Positions 39,496 to 48,385 of a stretch of DNA of 64,000 bases are shown here, in pieces. A program made the translations under genes and the position numbers. The notes beneath the pieces were generated by a model. That model was given only the letters and a program-made list of their open reading frames with translations, did no database searches and was not told the DNA's origin. Location: the NCBI GenBank assembly GCA_016281255.1, contig JAEEIG010000037.1:453-64452 (forward strand). Direction: 5' to 3'. Every line of letters starts with the position of its first letter. The stretch's first letter is position 1. The DNA is from Bacteroidales bacterium. Lineage in GTDB: Bacteria; Bacteroidota; Bacteroidia; Bacteroidales; WCHB1-69.

Positions 39496-39531
39496 GTAGG
39501 GACGTGCCATTGGCACGTCCCTACGTTTTTT
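39496..39531. terminator. bidirectional terminator, perfect GTAGGGACG palindrome
   Basis: GTAGGGACGTGCC-att-GGCACGTCCCTAC followed by GTTTTTT, between convergent genes. Confidence 0.8.
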
Positions 39532-40321
39532 ATTGTTTGAACCACAGGGGATGATCGCTGTCGTCGATGTAGTACAATTTGTCTTGAAAAAATCGGAATT
39601 GTGTGATGTTCGGTATTTTGATATCTATGGTTTCGATGGACATTGGGGAAGATTCGGTGGGAATTCTGTAGCGATACAAGGTGCTGTTTTTCAGATAAAT
39701 GATTTGATCCTTCGATAATTGCATCGCTTGGATGCCGGGAATGGGAATCATCTTCTCGAAGGTTCCGAAGAAGTCGAAAAGGCAGATGCCGCAAAGGGTG
39801 TCGAGGAGGGCGATGCGGTGTTCGGGGACGACCTGCATGTCCGTGGGGTGGAATTCACCGGGGAAGGTGATGTGTGTCTGACTCAACAAGTTGAGACTGA
39901 GGTCGGTGATGATGAGGTCTTGGTTGGCTTCGTCGTAGAGCACTATTTTGTTGGGGTTGCCCATAGCGGCTAACGAAACGGTCATCAACCCTTTGTCGAA
40001 GAGGCTCAGCGATCCATTGATAGGGGACAATTCGTTGTTCAACAGCAGGATAGTGCCGCTCTCTTGGTAGAAGACGAGGATTTTGGAGGCGATGCCTGCA
40101 TCCACTCTCGAAATGTTGCCCCATGTGGGATCGCTGTAGTTCAGCCGTTTGATGCCGTCGGCCGTGTAGGTGTCCAACGTCGAACCCATCGAGAGGAAGA
40201 CGTTGCCTTGCAGGTCAGTGGTGACAGACTCATATAGCTTGTCCGTAAAAAAAAGTCGCTCCTGGGCACTAACGCTCAGGGCGACTGAAAATATTATAAT
40301 GATGGAGATGAGATGTTTCAA
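39530..40321 (-). CDS. hypothetical exported protein (third gene of the low-complexity lipoprotein operon)
   Basis: 263 aa with signal peptide (M)KHLISIIIIFSVALSVSAQE and beta-rich sequence. The start codon is TTG and lies inside a TGAAACY repeat. No family recognised. Confidence 0.5.
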   Translation of the reverse strand: MKHLISIIIIFSVALSVSAQERLFFTDKLYESVTTDLQGNVFLSMGSTLDTYTADGIKRLNYSDPTWGNISRVDAGIASKILVFYQESGTILLLNNELSPINGSLSLFDKGLMTVSLAAMGNPNKIVLYDEANQDLIITDLSLNLLSQTHITFPGEFHPTDMQVVPEHRIALLDTLCGICLFDFFGTFEKMIPIPGIQAMQLSKDQIIYLKNSTLYRYRIPTESSPMSIETIDIKIPNITQFRFFQDKLYYIDDSDHPLWFKQ

Positions 40322-40341
40322 GTTTCAGGTTTCAAGTCTTA
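40314..40341 (-). repeat. heptamer array TAAGACT TGAAACC TGAAACT TGAAACA (read on the minus strand)
   Basis: It fills the 17-nt gap between the stop of the barrel gene (40339-40341) and the TTG start at 40321. The units are the same as the tail of the 36961 array. Confidence 0.8.
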
Positions 40342-41781
40342 GAATTTGCAACCGATGGTGGCCACCACGCTGTGGGATTTGGTGGTGTAGAGTCCCGGTT
40401 CGCCTTGCGGGTCATACAACCAGTAGCTGTCTTTGTTCAGACGGAACACGTAAGCCAAGTCGGCGAACATCACTTTTCCTCTGAAACCCAGGCCGCCAGA
40501 AATGAAGTGGGTGGTGTTGTTGTAGTCTTGGGGTGCTGATTTGTAGGGAGAGGTCTTCAGACGGTAGCCGGCGCGCAAGGCGAAACCTTGGGTGATGTTC
40601 ACTTCCGCACCCACGCGGATGTTGTGAGCTACGCCGAACTTGGAGGAAACAGCTTCGTTTTCTCTCACGAAATTGTAATCGTCGGCGTATAAATTGGCCA
40701 TTCCGTAGTTTTCGAACTCATATTCCGCCGCGATGAAGGCGCGTTTGGCAATCAAGAACGAGGTGTTGACATTGAATTTCAGCGGTGTGGTCAGCGAGTA
40801 GCGGTAATTGTTGTTGTAGAAATTGGTGTTGCGCTCGCCGCTACTGTAGCTGGTGGTCATCTCGCGATAGAATTTGTCGCGGATGGTCCAATAGTAGGTA
40901 GGCGTGTGGAAGGCGGCGCCGATGCGAACGAAATCAGCGGGTTGGTAGATGAAACCCAATTTGAGGTTCACGCCCGTACCCGAATTGCGCTGTTCGGAGT
41001 ACCAGTCATAGTAGTTGATGCCGTAAATGTTGCCTCCCGCTGCCGGCTCTTCGGTGTACAAGGTGGTCTCTTTGAAGTCGAGGAAAGGGAAACCGATGGT
41101 GGCGCCCAGGAACAACTTGTCGTTGTAGTTGCCGCCCACGCTGATCACCATTTCGTTGATGGCGCCATACCGGTTGACTACGGCCTTCTGGTTGAGATCT
41201 TGGTCGTCAAACAGGCTGTAATACTGGTTGTTAGTTCCCGGGAACGTGTCAATCAGCCAGCTGTTCCAAGCTAATTGGCCGTCACCTGTGAGGAGGTTGA
41301 AGGGGATTCCGTTCACATTGTCCACCACTTGGTCCATCATGGTGGAGTGGGTGTTGGCGCTGAAACGGAGCGTGTTGTTGAAGTCCATGATGCGGTTGTA
41401 GCCGAAGCCGAACTGCCAGGATTTCCAATTGTTGTCTTGCTTGATCTTGTGTACGGAGACAATGCCGGCCTGCGGAACCGTGTATTTGGTTTTGCGGGAC
41501 TCATTGTGGTTGCCGTAATAATAAGAGTCATTGTAGGCGAAGGTGAGGTTCATCGGGGTGAAAGTCACCTCATGGCGTTTGAAGAGGCCGATGGCGGCAG
41601 GGTTGGTGCTGAGCGCCGAGAAGTCGCCGCCCGTAGCCCCGAAGGCACCGCCTGCGCCCATGAAACGCGCCGTGCCCCAATAGTCGGCTTGCGAAAAGGT
41701 GAAGGCTTCATAGTCGCCTTGTGCGTTCGCCATTCCGATGATGCCTATAATTGCGATGATGAAGGTTGTTATCTTTTTCAT
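40339..41781 (-). CDS. FadL/PorV-like outer-membrane beta-barrel protein
   Basis: 480 aa with signal peptide MKKITTFIIAIIGIIGMANAQ. GTARFMGAGGAFGATGGDFSALSTNPAAIG is an OMPP1/FadL-type N-terminal motif. It ends in an aromatic residue (CKF). Confidence 0.65.
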   Translation of the reverse strand: MKKITTFIIAIIGIIGMANAQGDYEAFTFSQADYWGTARFMGAGGAFGATGGDFSALSTNPAAIGLFKRHEVTFTPMNLTFAYNDSYYYGNHNESRKTKYTVPQAGIVSVHKIKQDNNWKSWQFGFGYNRIMDFNNTLRFSANTHSTMMDQVVDNVNGIPFNLLTGDGQLAWNSWLIDTFPGTNNQYYSLFDDQDLNQKAVVNRYGAINEMVISVGGNYNDKLFLGATIGFPFLDFKETTLYTEEPAAGGNIYGINYYDWYSEQRNSGTGVNLKLGFIYQPADFVRIGAAFHTPTYYWTIRDKFYREMTTSYSSGERNTNFYNNNYRYSLTTPLKFNVNTSFLIAKRAFIAAEYEFENYGMANLYADDYNFVRENEAVSSKFGVAHNIRVGAEVNITQGFALRAGYRLKTSPYKSAPQDYNNTTHFISGGLGFRGKVMFADLAYVFRLNKDSYWLYDPQGEPGLYTTKSHSVVATIGCKF

Positions 41782-41789
41782 TTTTTTAA

Positions 41790-41830
41790 GGTTTACAGGT
41801 TTATGGGTTTACAGGTTTGACAGGTTTATC
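41790..41830. repeat. 8-bp period array (GGTTTACA GGTTTATG GGTTTACA GGTTTGACA GGTTTATC)
   Basis: It fills the gap between the lipoprotein gene stop (41826-41828) and the barrel gene start (41781). Confidence 0.85.
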
Positions 41831-43427
41831 GTCTGCCGCCGGAGTGGGAACCGCCGGAGTGTCCGCCGCCGTAAGAACCGCCGCCATAGGAACCGCCGCG
41901 CGAGGAGCCGGAGCTGCTGTGGGAGGAACCGCTGTAGGAAGAACGGCTGCTGGAAGAGGGTGCGCTGTAAGAGGAGGGACGGCTGCTGGTGGATGCGGGA
42001 CGGTTGGTCGCGGGCGTGCTGCTGTTGCTTCTGGAAGGAGTGGCCGTGGCGGGACGGCTGTTGCTGCTTGACGGACGGTTGTAGTTGGAACGAGGGGAGG
42101 AGGGAGCGGTGGTCGTCGGTCTGGTTGTGGTGCTCGGAACCGTGCGGGTGGTGGTGCGGGGAGCGGTCGTGGTCGGTGTCGTTGTCGTGCTGGTGCCGGT
42201 GCTCGGACGAGTGGCGGTCGGACGGGTTGTCGTCGGACGGGCGGTCGTGCCGGAGGGGGTCACTACCGTGCGGGTCACTGTGGTCGGACGAGTGGTGGTG
42301 GTAGTGCTCGGAGTGGCACTGCTGTTTGCGGAAGCGCTTGTTCTGGCGGAAGTTACCGTGGTTGTCGTGACGGGCTTGGCCGTGGTGCCGGAAGTGCCGT
42401 TAGTGTTGGAGGGAGCCGTTGAGCCGTTGGCGGGAGATACGGTGGTATAGGTCGAGGCCGCATTGTCTTTGGTGTTGCGGGCGTTGGTGATCTTCTTTTC
42501 GGTAGGATTCACAGGGGAGGTGTTGCCGCCGTTGCCACTGTTGTTGAAACTGCTGCCGCCGCCCGTGGTGCCGGCGATTTGGTCGTAGCGTTGGTTGAAG
42601 GAGGTTGGCGTGGAGGAGTAGTGATTGTTGGTTGCGCCGTTACCGTAACCGCCTGCTATAGGACCGTTTGAACCCTCATGGTCGGGACGCTCGCCGCGGC
42701 CGCCGTTGCCATTGCCACCACCGTTACCCACGGAGGGTCCGATGTTGTTGCGGTGACCATAGTAATAGCTATGGTTCGGGTCGTGGTTGTTGTGGTACCA
42801 GTCGATAGGGGCGGGACCGTGAGGGCCGTAAGGGCCAGGATAGTAAGGATCCCAAGCGTAGTAGGGGTAGGGTCTGTACCAGCCCCAACCGTAGTTGAAC
42901 CCGCAACTGTACCAGCAGGGACCATAGTAGTAGGGACGATAGTAGTAACCCGGCCACCACCAATTGTAACCCAGGTAGATGCTTAAGCCAAAGCTGGCCG
43001 GGCAGTAGTCGTACCAGTACATGTTGGTGAAGAAGGGGTCGTAGTAGCCCCAGCCAACGTAAACATCGCTGTGGAAACGGCGGATACGAGACGCGTAGGC
43101 GTAGTCGTAATAGTCGTCCGGGTCGTACGCGTAGTTGCTGGCGGCGGCGGTGGAGTCATTCGCCACCTCCATGTAGGTGGTGACCACCGGCTCGCTGCTG
43201 CCCGGATAGTAGGTCAGCGTGCGCAACAGATTGCCGTTTTCGTCGGTTTCGTAAATGATGGAATCGGCCTCGACGGCGGCGTTGGCTGCGGCCGGATTGG
43301 CGGTCTTCGCCTTCATTTCGTCCGAAGATGAGGTGTATATGTCATCGTAGTAGGCGAAGTTCGCTGTGGAACAAGCTGCTAACAAGCAAGTTATTGCGCT
43401 TAGTACGATTAAAATTTGTTTCTTCAT
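41826..43427 (-). CDS. low-complexity lipoprotein (Y/W/P/G-rich block, T/S/P/R mucin-like block, SYGGG/HSGG tail)
   Basis: 533 aa with lipobox [19 protein letters not shown]. Contains [51 protein letters not shown], a ~200-aa S/T/P/R/A tract, and the end [23 protein letters not shown]. Confidence 0.6.
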   Translation of the reverse strand: MKKQILIVLSAITCLLAACSTANFAYYDDIYTSSSDEMKAKTANPAAANAAVEADSIIYETDENGNLLRTLTYYPGSSEPVVTTYMEVANDSTAAASNYAYDPDDYYDYAYASRIRRFHSDVYVGWGYYDPFFTNMYWYDYCPASFGLSIYLGYNWWWPGYYYRPYYYGPCWYSCGFNYGWGWYRPYPYYAWDPYYPGPYGPHGPAPIDWYHNNHDPNHSYYYGHRNNIGPSVGNGGGNGNGGRGERPDHEGSNGPIAGGYGNGATNNHYSSTPTSFNQRYDQIAGTTGGGSSFNNSGNGGNTSPVNPTEKKITNARNTKDNAASTYTTVSPANGSTAPSNTNGTSGTTAKPVTTTTVTSARTSASANSSATPSTTTTTRPTTVTRTVVTPSGTTARPTTTRPTATRPSTGTSTTTTPTTTAPRTTTRTVPSTTTRPTTTAPSSPRSNYNRPSSSNSRPATATPSRSNSSTPATNRPASTSSRPSSYSAPSSSSRSSYSGSSHSSSGSSRGGSYGGGSYGGGHSGGSHSGGRR

Positions 43428-43453
43428 AATGTCCTCCTTATCTCTTATTTTGT

Positions 43454-43461
43454 TATTTTTG
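43454..43461 (+). promoter_or_regulatory. putative -7 box for proS
   Basis: TATTTTTG lies 60 nt upstream of the ATG at 43522. Confidence 0.4.
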
Positions 43462-43521
43462 CACCTTAATTTTCAATTAGACGGCAAAAGTACTAAAAAG
43501 TTAATATATACCGAAAAATTT

Positions 43522-44997
43522 ATGGCTAAAAATTTTTGTTCAAGAGAAGAGAATTATTCACAGTGGTATAATGACATTGTGAAAAAAGCGGATTTGGCTG
43601 AGAATTCTTCCGTGCGCGGATGTATGGTGATCAAGCCCTACGGTTATGCCATCTGGGAGAAAATGCAGCGCCAACTGGACCAAATGTTTAAAGATACGGG
43701 CCATTCCAACGCCTATTTCCCGATTTTCATCCCGAAATCTTTCTTCAGTCGTGAGGCAAGTCACGTGGAAGGTTTCGCCAAGGAGTGCGCCGTGGTCACC
43801 CACTACCGTCTGAAAAACGACCCTGACGGCGGCGGTGTCGTGGTGGATCCTGACGCAAAACTGGAAGAGGAACTCATTGTGCGCCCGACTTCCGAAACCA
43901 TCATCTGGGATACTTACAAAAACTGGATTCAGTCATACCGTGACCTGCCGATTCTCTGTAACCAGTGGGCCAACGTGGTCCGTTGGGAGATGCGCACCCG
44001 CCTCTTCCTCCGCACTGCCGAATTCTTGTGGCAAGAAGGCCACACCGCCCACGCCACTCGCGAAGAGGCATTGGAGGAGACCGACAAGATGATCCACGTC
44101 TATGCCGATTTCGCGGAGAAGCACATGGCCATCCCCGTCATCATGGGCGTGAAATCCCCGAACGAACGTTTCGGCGGCGCCCTCGACACCTACTGCATCG
44201 AGGCACTGATGCAAGACGGGAAGGCTCTGCAGGCCGGTACCTCCCACTTCCTCGGACAGAACTTCGCCAAAGCTTTCGACGTGAAGTTCCTCAACCAGAA
44301 GAATGAACTCGAATATGTGTGGGCTACCTCCTGGGGCGTCTCCACCCGTCTCATCGGTGCGCTCATCATGACCCACTCTGACGACAACGGTCTCGTGCTG
44401 CCGCCGGTGCTGGCTCCCATCCAAGTGGTGATTGTCCCCATCTACAAGACCGACGAACAACGCGAACAGATTGCTGCCAAGGCAGATACACTCGTTCAGC
44501 AACTCAAAGCCCTCGGCATCTCCGTGAAGTTCGACAACGACGACACCAAGCGCTCCGGTTGGAAGTTCAACGAATACGAACTCAAGGGCGTGCCCGTGCG
44601 CGTGGCCATCGGTCCGAAGGATATGGAGAACAACGAAGCGGAGGTTGCCCGCCGCGACACCATGGAGAAATACAACGTCTCCTTCGACACACTGGTGGAG
44701 CATATCCAGAAACTTCTGGAGGAAATTCAGCAGAATTTGTTCAACAAAGCGTTGAAATTCAGAGAAGAACACACCTTCAAAGCCGATACTTGGGACGAAT
44801 TTGTCGATTTGCTCGACAACAAGCCCGGTTTCGTCTATGCGCACTGGGACGGCACCCCCGAAACCGAAGAGAAGATCAAGGATCTCTGCAAGGCGACCAT
44901 CCGCTGCATCCCGTTCAACAACCCGCAAGAGGAGGGCAAGTGCATCCTCACGGGCAAGCCTTCTCATCAAAGAGTGTTGTTCGCACGTGCTTATTAA
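43522..44997 (+). CDS. proS: proline--tRNA ligase (archaeal/eukaryote-like type)
   Basis: The start at 43522 gives [27 protein letters not shown]. The product is about 491 aa with class II motifs. Confidence 0.95.
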   Translation: MAKNFCSREENYSQWYNDIVKKADLAENSSVRGCMVIKPYGYAIWEKMQRQLDQMFKDTGHSNAYFPIFIPKSFFSREASHVEGFAKECAVVTHYRLKNDPDGGGVVVDPDAKLEEELIVRPTSETIIWDTYKNWIQSYRDLPILCNQWANVVRWEMRTRLFLRTAEFLWQEGHTAHATREEALEETDKMIHVYADFAEKHMAIPVIMGVKSPNERFGGALDTYCIEALMQDGKALQAGTSHFLGQNFAKAFDVKFLNQKNELEYVWATSWGVSTRLIGALIMTHSDDNGLVLPPVLAPIQVVIVPIYKTDEQREQIAAKADTLVQQLKALGISVKFDNDDTKRSGWKFNEYELKGVPVRVAIGPKDMENNEAEVARRDTMEKYNVSFDTLVEHIQKLLEEIQQNLFNKALKFREEHTFKADTWDEFVDLLDNKPGFVYAHWDGTPETEEKIKDLCKATIRCIPFNNPQEEGKCILTGKPSHQRVLFARAY

Positions 44998-45073
44998 ACC
45001 TCTTCCTTATTAGCCCCGTAGGGGCGCCATATCATAAGCAGGGGTGCGAATCCCTGTGTCAAACGAAGTAAAT

Positions 45074-45874
45074 ATGCAACAAACTGATAAATATGCAGAG
45101 GCTCTGTCGGCGTTCCGGCATCTGCTGGAAATCATGGACGAGTTGCGTGAGAATTGCCCGTGGGATCGAGAACAGACTTTCGACACATTGCGCAACCTCA
45201 CTGTAGAAGAGACTTTCGAGCTGGCGGATGCCATCATGGAGAAGGACTATCCCGACATGTGCAAGGAGCTCGGGGATCTGATGCTCCACATTGTCTTCTA
45301 CTCGAAAATTGCTTCCGAACAGCATCTTTTCGAGGTGAAAGATGTAATTAACCAGCTGTGTGACAAATTAATACGCCGTCACCCGCATATCTACGGCGAG
45401 GTCAAGGCCGACTCGGCCAACCAAGTGCACGAGAACTGGGAGAAGATCAAGCTGCAAACCGAAGGGAACCGCTCCGTGCTGGGCGGCATCCCTTCCGGAA
45501 TGCCGGCGATCACCAAAGCTTACCGCATCCAAGACAAGGTCAGCGGGGTCGGTTTCGACTGGGACAACCGCGACCAAGTGTGGGACAAGGTGCAGGAGGA
45601 GCTCGGAGAACTTCAATCCGAGGTCAACAGTCCCGCCCCCGACCAAGCCCACATTGAAGAGGAGCTCGGCGATGTGCTTTTTGCCATCGTCAACTACTCC
45701 CGCTTTATCAACGTGCACCCGGAAGACGCCTTGGAAAAAACCAACCGCAAATTCCTTCGCCGTTTTCAACTTCTCGAACAATATGTGAAGGCCGACGGAC
45801 GTTCTCTTACCGATATGTCGTTGGCTGAGATGGATGTGTATTGGGAAAAGGCGAAGAGAGAGTTGAGACGTTAG
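45074..45874 (+). CDS. mazG: nucleoside triphosphate pyrophosphohydrolase MazG
   Basis: About 266 aa from MQQTDKYAEAL. Two MazG EExxE/D motifs are present (EETFELADAI, EELGDVLF). The TAG stop lies inside a heptamer array. Confidence 0.9.
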   Translation: MQQTDKYAEALSAFRHLLEIMDELRENCPWDREQTFDTLRNLTVEETFELADAIMEKDYPDMCKELGDLMLHIVFYSKIASEQHLFEVKDVINQLCDKLIRRHPHIYGEVKADSANQVHENWEKIKLQTEGNRSVLGGIPSGMPAITKAYRIQDKVSGVGFDWDNRDQVWDKVQEELGELQSEVNSPAPDQAHIEEELGDVLFAIVNYSRFINVHPEDALEKTNRKFLRRFQLLEQYVKADGRSLTDMSLAEMDVYWEKAKRELRR

Positions 45875-45915
45875 ACTTGGGACTTGGGACTTGGGACTTG
45901 GGACTTGAGATTATA
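45867..45915 (+). repeat. heptamer array GACGTTA (GACTTGG)4 GACTTGA GATTATA
   Basis: Read directly. It contains the mazG stop codon. Confidence 0.95.
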
Positions 45916-45982
45916 AAATAAAGACATTAATCAAAAACAATGGAAAATATGACAAATTATTATGACTTAACATATAACCCCA

Positions 45983-46031
45983 AAAGTCCTAAGTCTTACG
46001 TCTTAAGTCTTACGTCTCAAGTCTTACGTCT
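45983..46031 (-). repeat. heptamer array in inverse orientation (AAAGTCC TAAGTCT TACGTCT TAAGTCT TACGTCT CAAGTCT TACGTCT)
   Basis: Read directly. It is the inverted partner of 45867-45915, 67 bp away. Confidence 0.95.
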
Positions 46032-46047
46032 TATAAACCCCACTCGG

Positions 46048-47973
46048 ATGTACCACAAATTAAATATAGTATATATAATATTAATGTGTATCATCGCTCC
46101 GATGATTACCAGTGCGCAGAAGAGTTCCAAGGCGGCGCCGTTGTTTGAAAAGGCCAAGCAGTGTATGAAATCCAACGATTTCGACAAGGCGTTGACCTAT
46201 CTTTACCAAGCGCAAGCCAAAGATGCGAACTTTGCCGACCTCTATATCATGAAGGGCGACATTTTCAACTTCCGTTTGCAGTCCGACTCCGCCATGTGCA
46301 ACTACCAGCGTGCCATCGAGCTCATCGGCGATCCTGACCCGATGCTCTACTATATTGCCGGAAACGAGGGAGCGAAGTGCGGTGCCTACGAATATGCGCT
46401 CAATACCTTGCAACTTTTCCTGCAGAACGGTCTGCAGTATTCCGATGTGCACCCCGATGCGCAGAAAACCATTGCCAATTGTCGGTTTGCCATGGAGGAG
46501 ATGCGGCATCCCAAGCGTTTTGAGTTGGTTAACATGGGTGCCAACATCAATTCCGAGTGGGACGAAATGCTTGCCGCCATCACTGCGGACGACGAACAAC
46601 TCATTTTCACCGTTAAGCGCCCCCGCGACAAGGGCACCGTCTGCGCCTTCTGTCTCAATGAAGAGGATCTCTATAGCAGTCGTTTCGTCAATGGCGACTG
46701 GCTGCCGCGCGAACCGCTCGGCCCTCCGGTGCGTACCGGCTATAACGAGGGAGCGCAATGTCTCTCCCCCGACGGCAAGTATCTGCTTTACACCATGTGC
46801 GATGCCGACTTCGGGATGGGAAGCTGCGATATCTATTGGGCCAAGCTCATGGGTGACAAGTGGTCACGGCCCCGCAATTTCGGTGCGCCGGTGAACACTT
46901 CCGCCTGGGAGAGCCAGCCGACCATGTCTTCCGACGGCATGACCGTCTATTTTGCCTCTTCCCGTCCGGGCGGGTACGGCGGTATGGACATCTGGAAGAC
47001 CACCATGACCGCAGAAGGGGAGTTCACGGTTCCCGAGAATCTCGGTCCGTCGATCAACACCCCCGGCGACGATGCCGCCCCCTTCATCCACAGTGACGGC
47101 CGCACACTCTACTTCGCCTCTAACGGTCGCGTAGGCATGGGAGGCTATGATCTCTACTACACTACCCTCCAGCCGGATGGTACGTGGAGCGACCCCAAGA
47201 ATATGGGTTACCCTATCAACTCCCCTGCTGATGAGATCAATATCTTCATTAACGCCTCTGGTACAATGGCTTACATGGCTTCCGACAAAGACGGGGGCTA
47301 CGGCGGTCTCGACCTTTACCGTTTCGAGCTCGACGATGAGTTGCGTCCCAACCCTGTCACCTACATCAAGGGTCGTGTGCGCGACGCCTTCACCGGCGAT
47401 CCGTTGTCGGCCCGCATCGAGATGATCGACCTCTCCACACGTCAGCTTCTCACCTCCACCACTTCGGATCCGCTGACCGGCAGTTATCTTGCCTGTATTC
47501 ACACCGGGGGCAACGTGCTGCTCAACGTTTCGCATCCCGACTATCCGTTCTATTCCGAGAACTTCCAGCTGGAGCGCACCTACACGGAACTTTCCCCGTA
47601 TCTGAAAGACATTGCCTTGCAGCCCACGGATGTGGGAACGGTGGTGACATTGAAGAACGTCTTCTTCGACTTCGACAAGACCGAGCTACGGCCCGAGTCG
47701 TACGTGGAGCTTGACAAGTTGGTTGAGTATCTCCGAAAGCACAACATCCGGATCGAGATCGGAGGGCACACCGACGACCAGGGTTCCGACGAGTACAACG
47801 ACCGTTTGTCGGAGAGTCGTGCCAAGTCGGTGTATGACTACTTGGTGAGCAAAGGCATCTCCGCCGACCGGTTGCAGTACAAGGGTTATGGCAAGCGGAT
47901 GCCGGTTGCCGACAACGCCACCGAGGAGGGGCGTGCGGCGAACCGGCGGACCGAGTTCAAGATCATACGGTGA
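46048..47973 (+). CDS. OmpA-family outer-membrane protein (TPR + TolB-like beta-propeller repeats + OmpA C-terminal domain)
   Basis: The start at 46048 (MYHKLNIVYIILMCIIAPMITSAQ) lies downstream of the repeat array. PD40-like repeats are present (YFASSRPGGYGGMDIW, YFASNGRVGMGGYDLY, YMASDKDGGYGGLDLY). OmpA motif GHTDDQGSDEYNDRLSESRA...NRRTEFKI. Confidence 0.8.
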   Translation: MYHKLNIVYIILMCIIAPMITSAQKSSKAAPLFEKAKQCMKSNDFDKALTYLYQAQAKDANFADLYIMKGDIFNFRLQSDSAMCNYQRAIELIGDPDPMLYYIAGNEGAKCGAYEYALNTLQLFLQNGLQYSDVHPDAQKTIANCRFAMEEMRHPKRFELVNMGANINSEWDEMLAAITADDEQLIFTVKRPRDKGTVCAFCLNEEDLYSSRFVNGDWLPREPLGPPVRTGYNEGAQCLSPDGKYLLYTMCDADFGMGSCDIYWAKLMGDKWSRPRNFGAPVNTSAWESQPTMSSDGMTVYFASSRPGGYGGMDIWKTTMTAEGEFTVPENLGPSINTPGDDAAPFIHSDGRTLYFASNGRVGMGGYDLYYTTLQPDGTWSDPKNMGYPINSPADEINIFINASGTMAYMASDKDGGYGGLDLYRFELDDELRPNPVTYIKGRVRDAFTGDPLSARIEMIDLSTRQLLTSTTSDPLTGSYLACIHTGGNVLLNVSHPDYPFYSENFQLERTYTELSPYLKDIALQPTDVGTVVTLKNVFFDFDKTELRPESYVELDKLVEYLRKHNIRIEIGGHTDDQGSDEYNDRLSESRAKSVYDYLVSKGISADRLQYKGYGKRMPVADNATEEGRAANRRTEFKIIR

Positions 47974-48004
47974 TTAGTGATTTGTGAGTTGTGAGTTGTG
48001 ATTT
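47970..48004 (+). repeat. heptamer array GTGATTA GTGATTT GTGAGTT GTGAGTT GTGATTT
   Basis: Read directly. It contains the TGA stop of the OmpA-family gene. Confidence 0.9.
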
Positions 48005-48034
48005 GAATTGCTGATAATCAGAAGGTTATGAGAT

Positions 48035-48073
48035 ATCGCGCCGAGAATTGAAAATTCCGGCGCGATTTGTGTT
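48035..48073 (+). terminator. rho-independent terminator after the OmpA-family gene
   Basis: ATCGCGCCG-A-GAATT-gaaa-AATTC-CGGCGCGAT followed by TTGTGTT. Confidence 0.65.
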
Positions 48074-48377
48074 CATATACGTGTTGTTCAATTCTCAAAG
48101 AGATGTTAAAAATCCTCTTGGAATGGGCTTCTGAGAGGGTTCGGGTGAGATGGGTCGTTCGTGTAACCAAGGAAATCCTCCGCCCGTATAACCAAACAAA
48201 GGCCTAAAACGATGTGAAAAGGAGTGTTTATAACGTGTGGATAGGTGTTAATAGCCTGTTGAAATTTTTTTTCGTGTTCCCATTTGTCTGTAATATGTTG
48301 ATAATAAGCGTAATAAGATTTTTTTTCAAAAAAAACGAAAAAAATTCGACAAATGAACAATCAATGAAAAAAAAATG

Positions 48378-48385
48378 TATTTTTG
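48378..48385 (+). promoter_or_regulatory. putative -7 box for the giant adhesin gene
   Basis: TATTTTTG lies 115 nt upstream of the ATG at 48501. It is followed by a purine/A-rich leader. Confidence 0.5.

Noticed and set aside
41817-42450. Plus-strand ORFs rich in Gly/Arg/Val/Ala opposite the low-complexity lipoprotein gene
   Set aside because: They are artefacts of the GC-rich, repetitive coding sequence on the minus strand. Only the minus-strand frame has a lipoprotein signal and sits in the operon context.
45013-45056. tRNA-like T-arm (CAGGG-GTGCGAAT-CCCTG) and hairpin GCCCC-gta-GGGGC after proS; considered as a tRNA remnant or integration scar
   Set aside because: No acceptor, D or anticodon arms can be built around it, the loop is 8 nt, and there is no nearby integrase. 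It is more likely a terminator-region hairpin.
45940-46047. N-terminal extension of the OmpA-family ORF (MENMTNYYDLTYNPKSPKSYVLSLTSQVLRL...)
   Set aside because: The extension is simply the translation of the heptamer array at 45983-46031. A proper signal peptide begins at the ATG at 46048.
48106-48360. 84-aa minus-strand ORF in the 430-bp region upstream of the giant gene
   Set aside because: It has no promoter box, no signal or family features and an AT-rich low-information translation. The region more plausibly serves as regulatory DNA for the giant gene.
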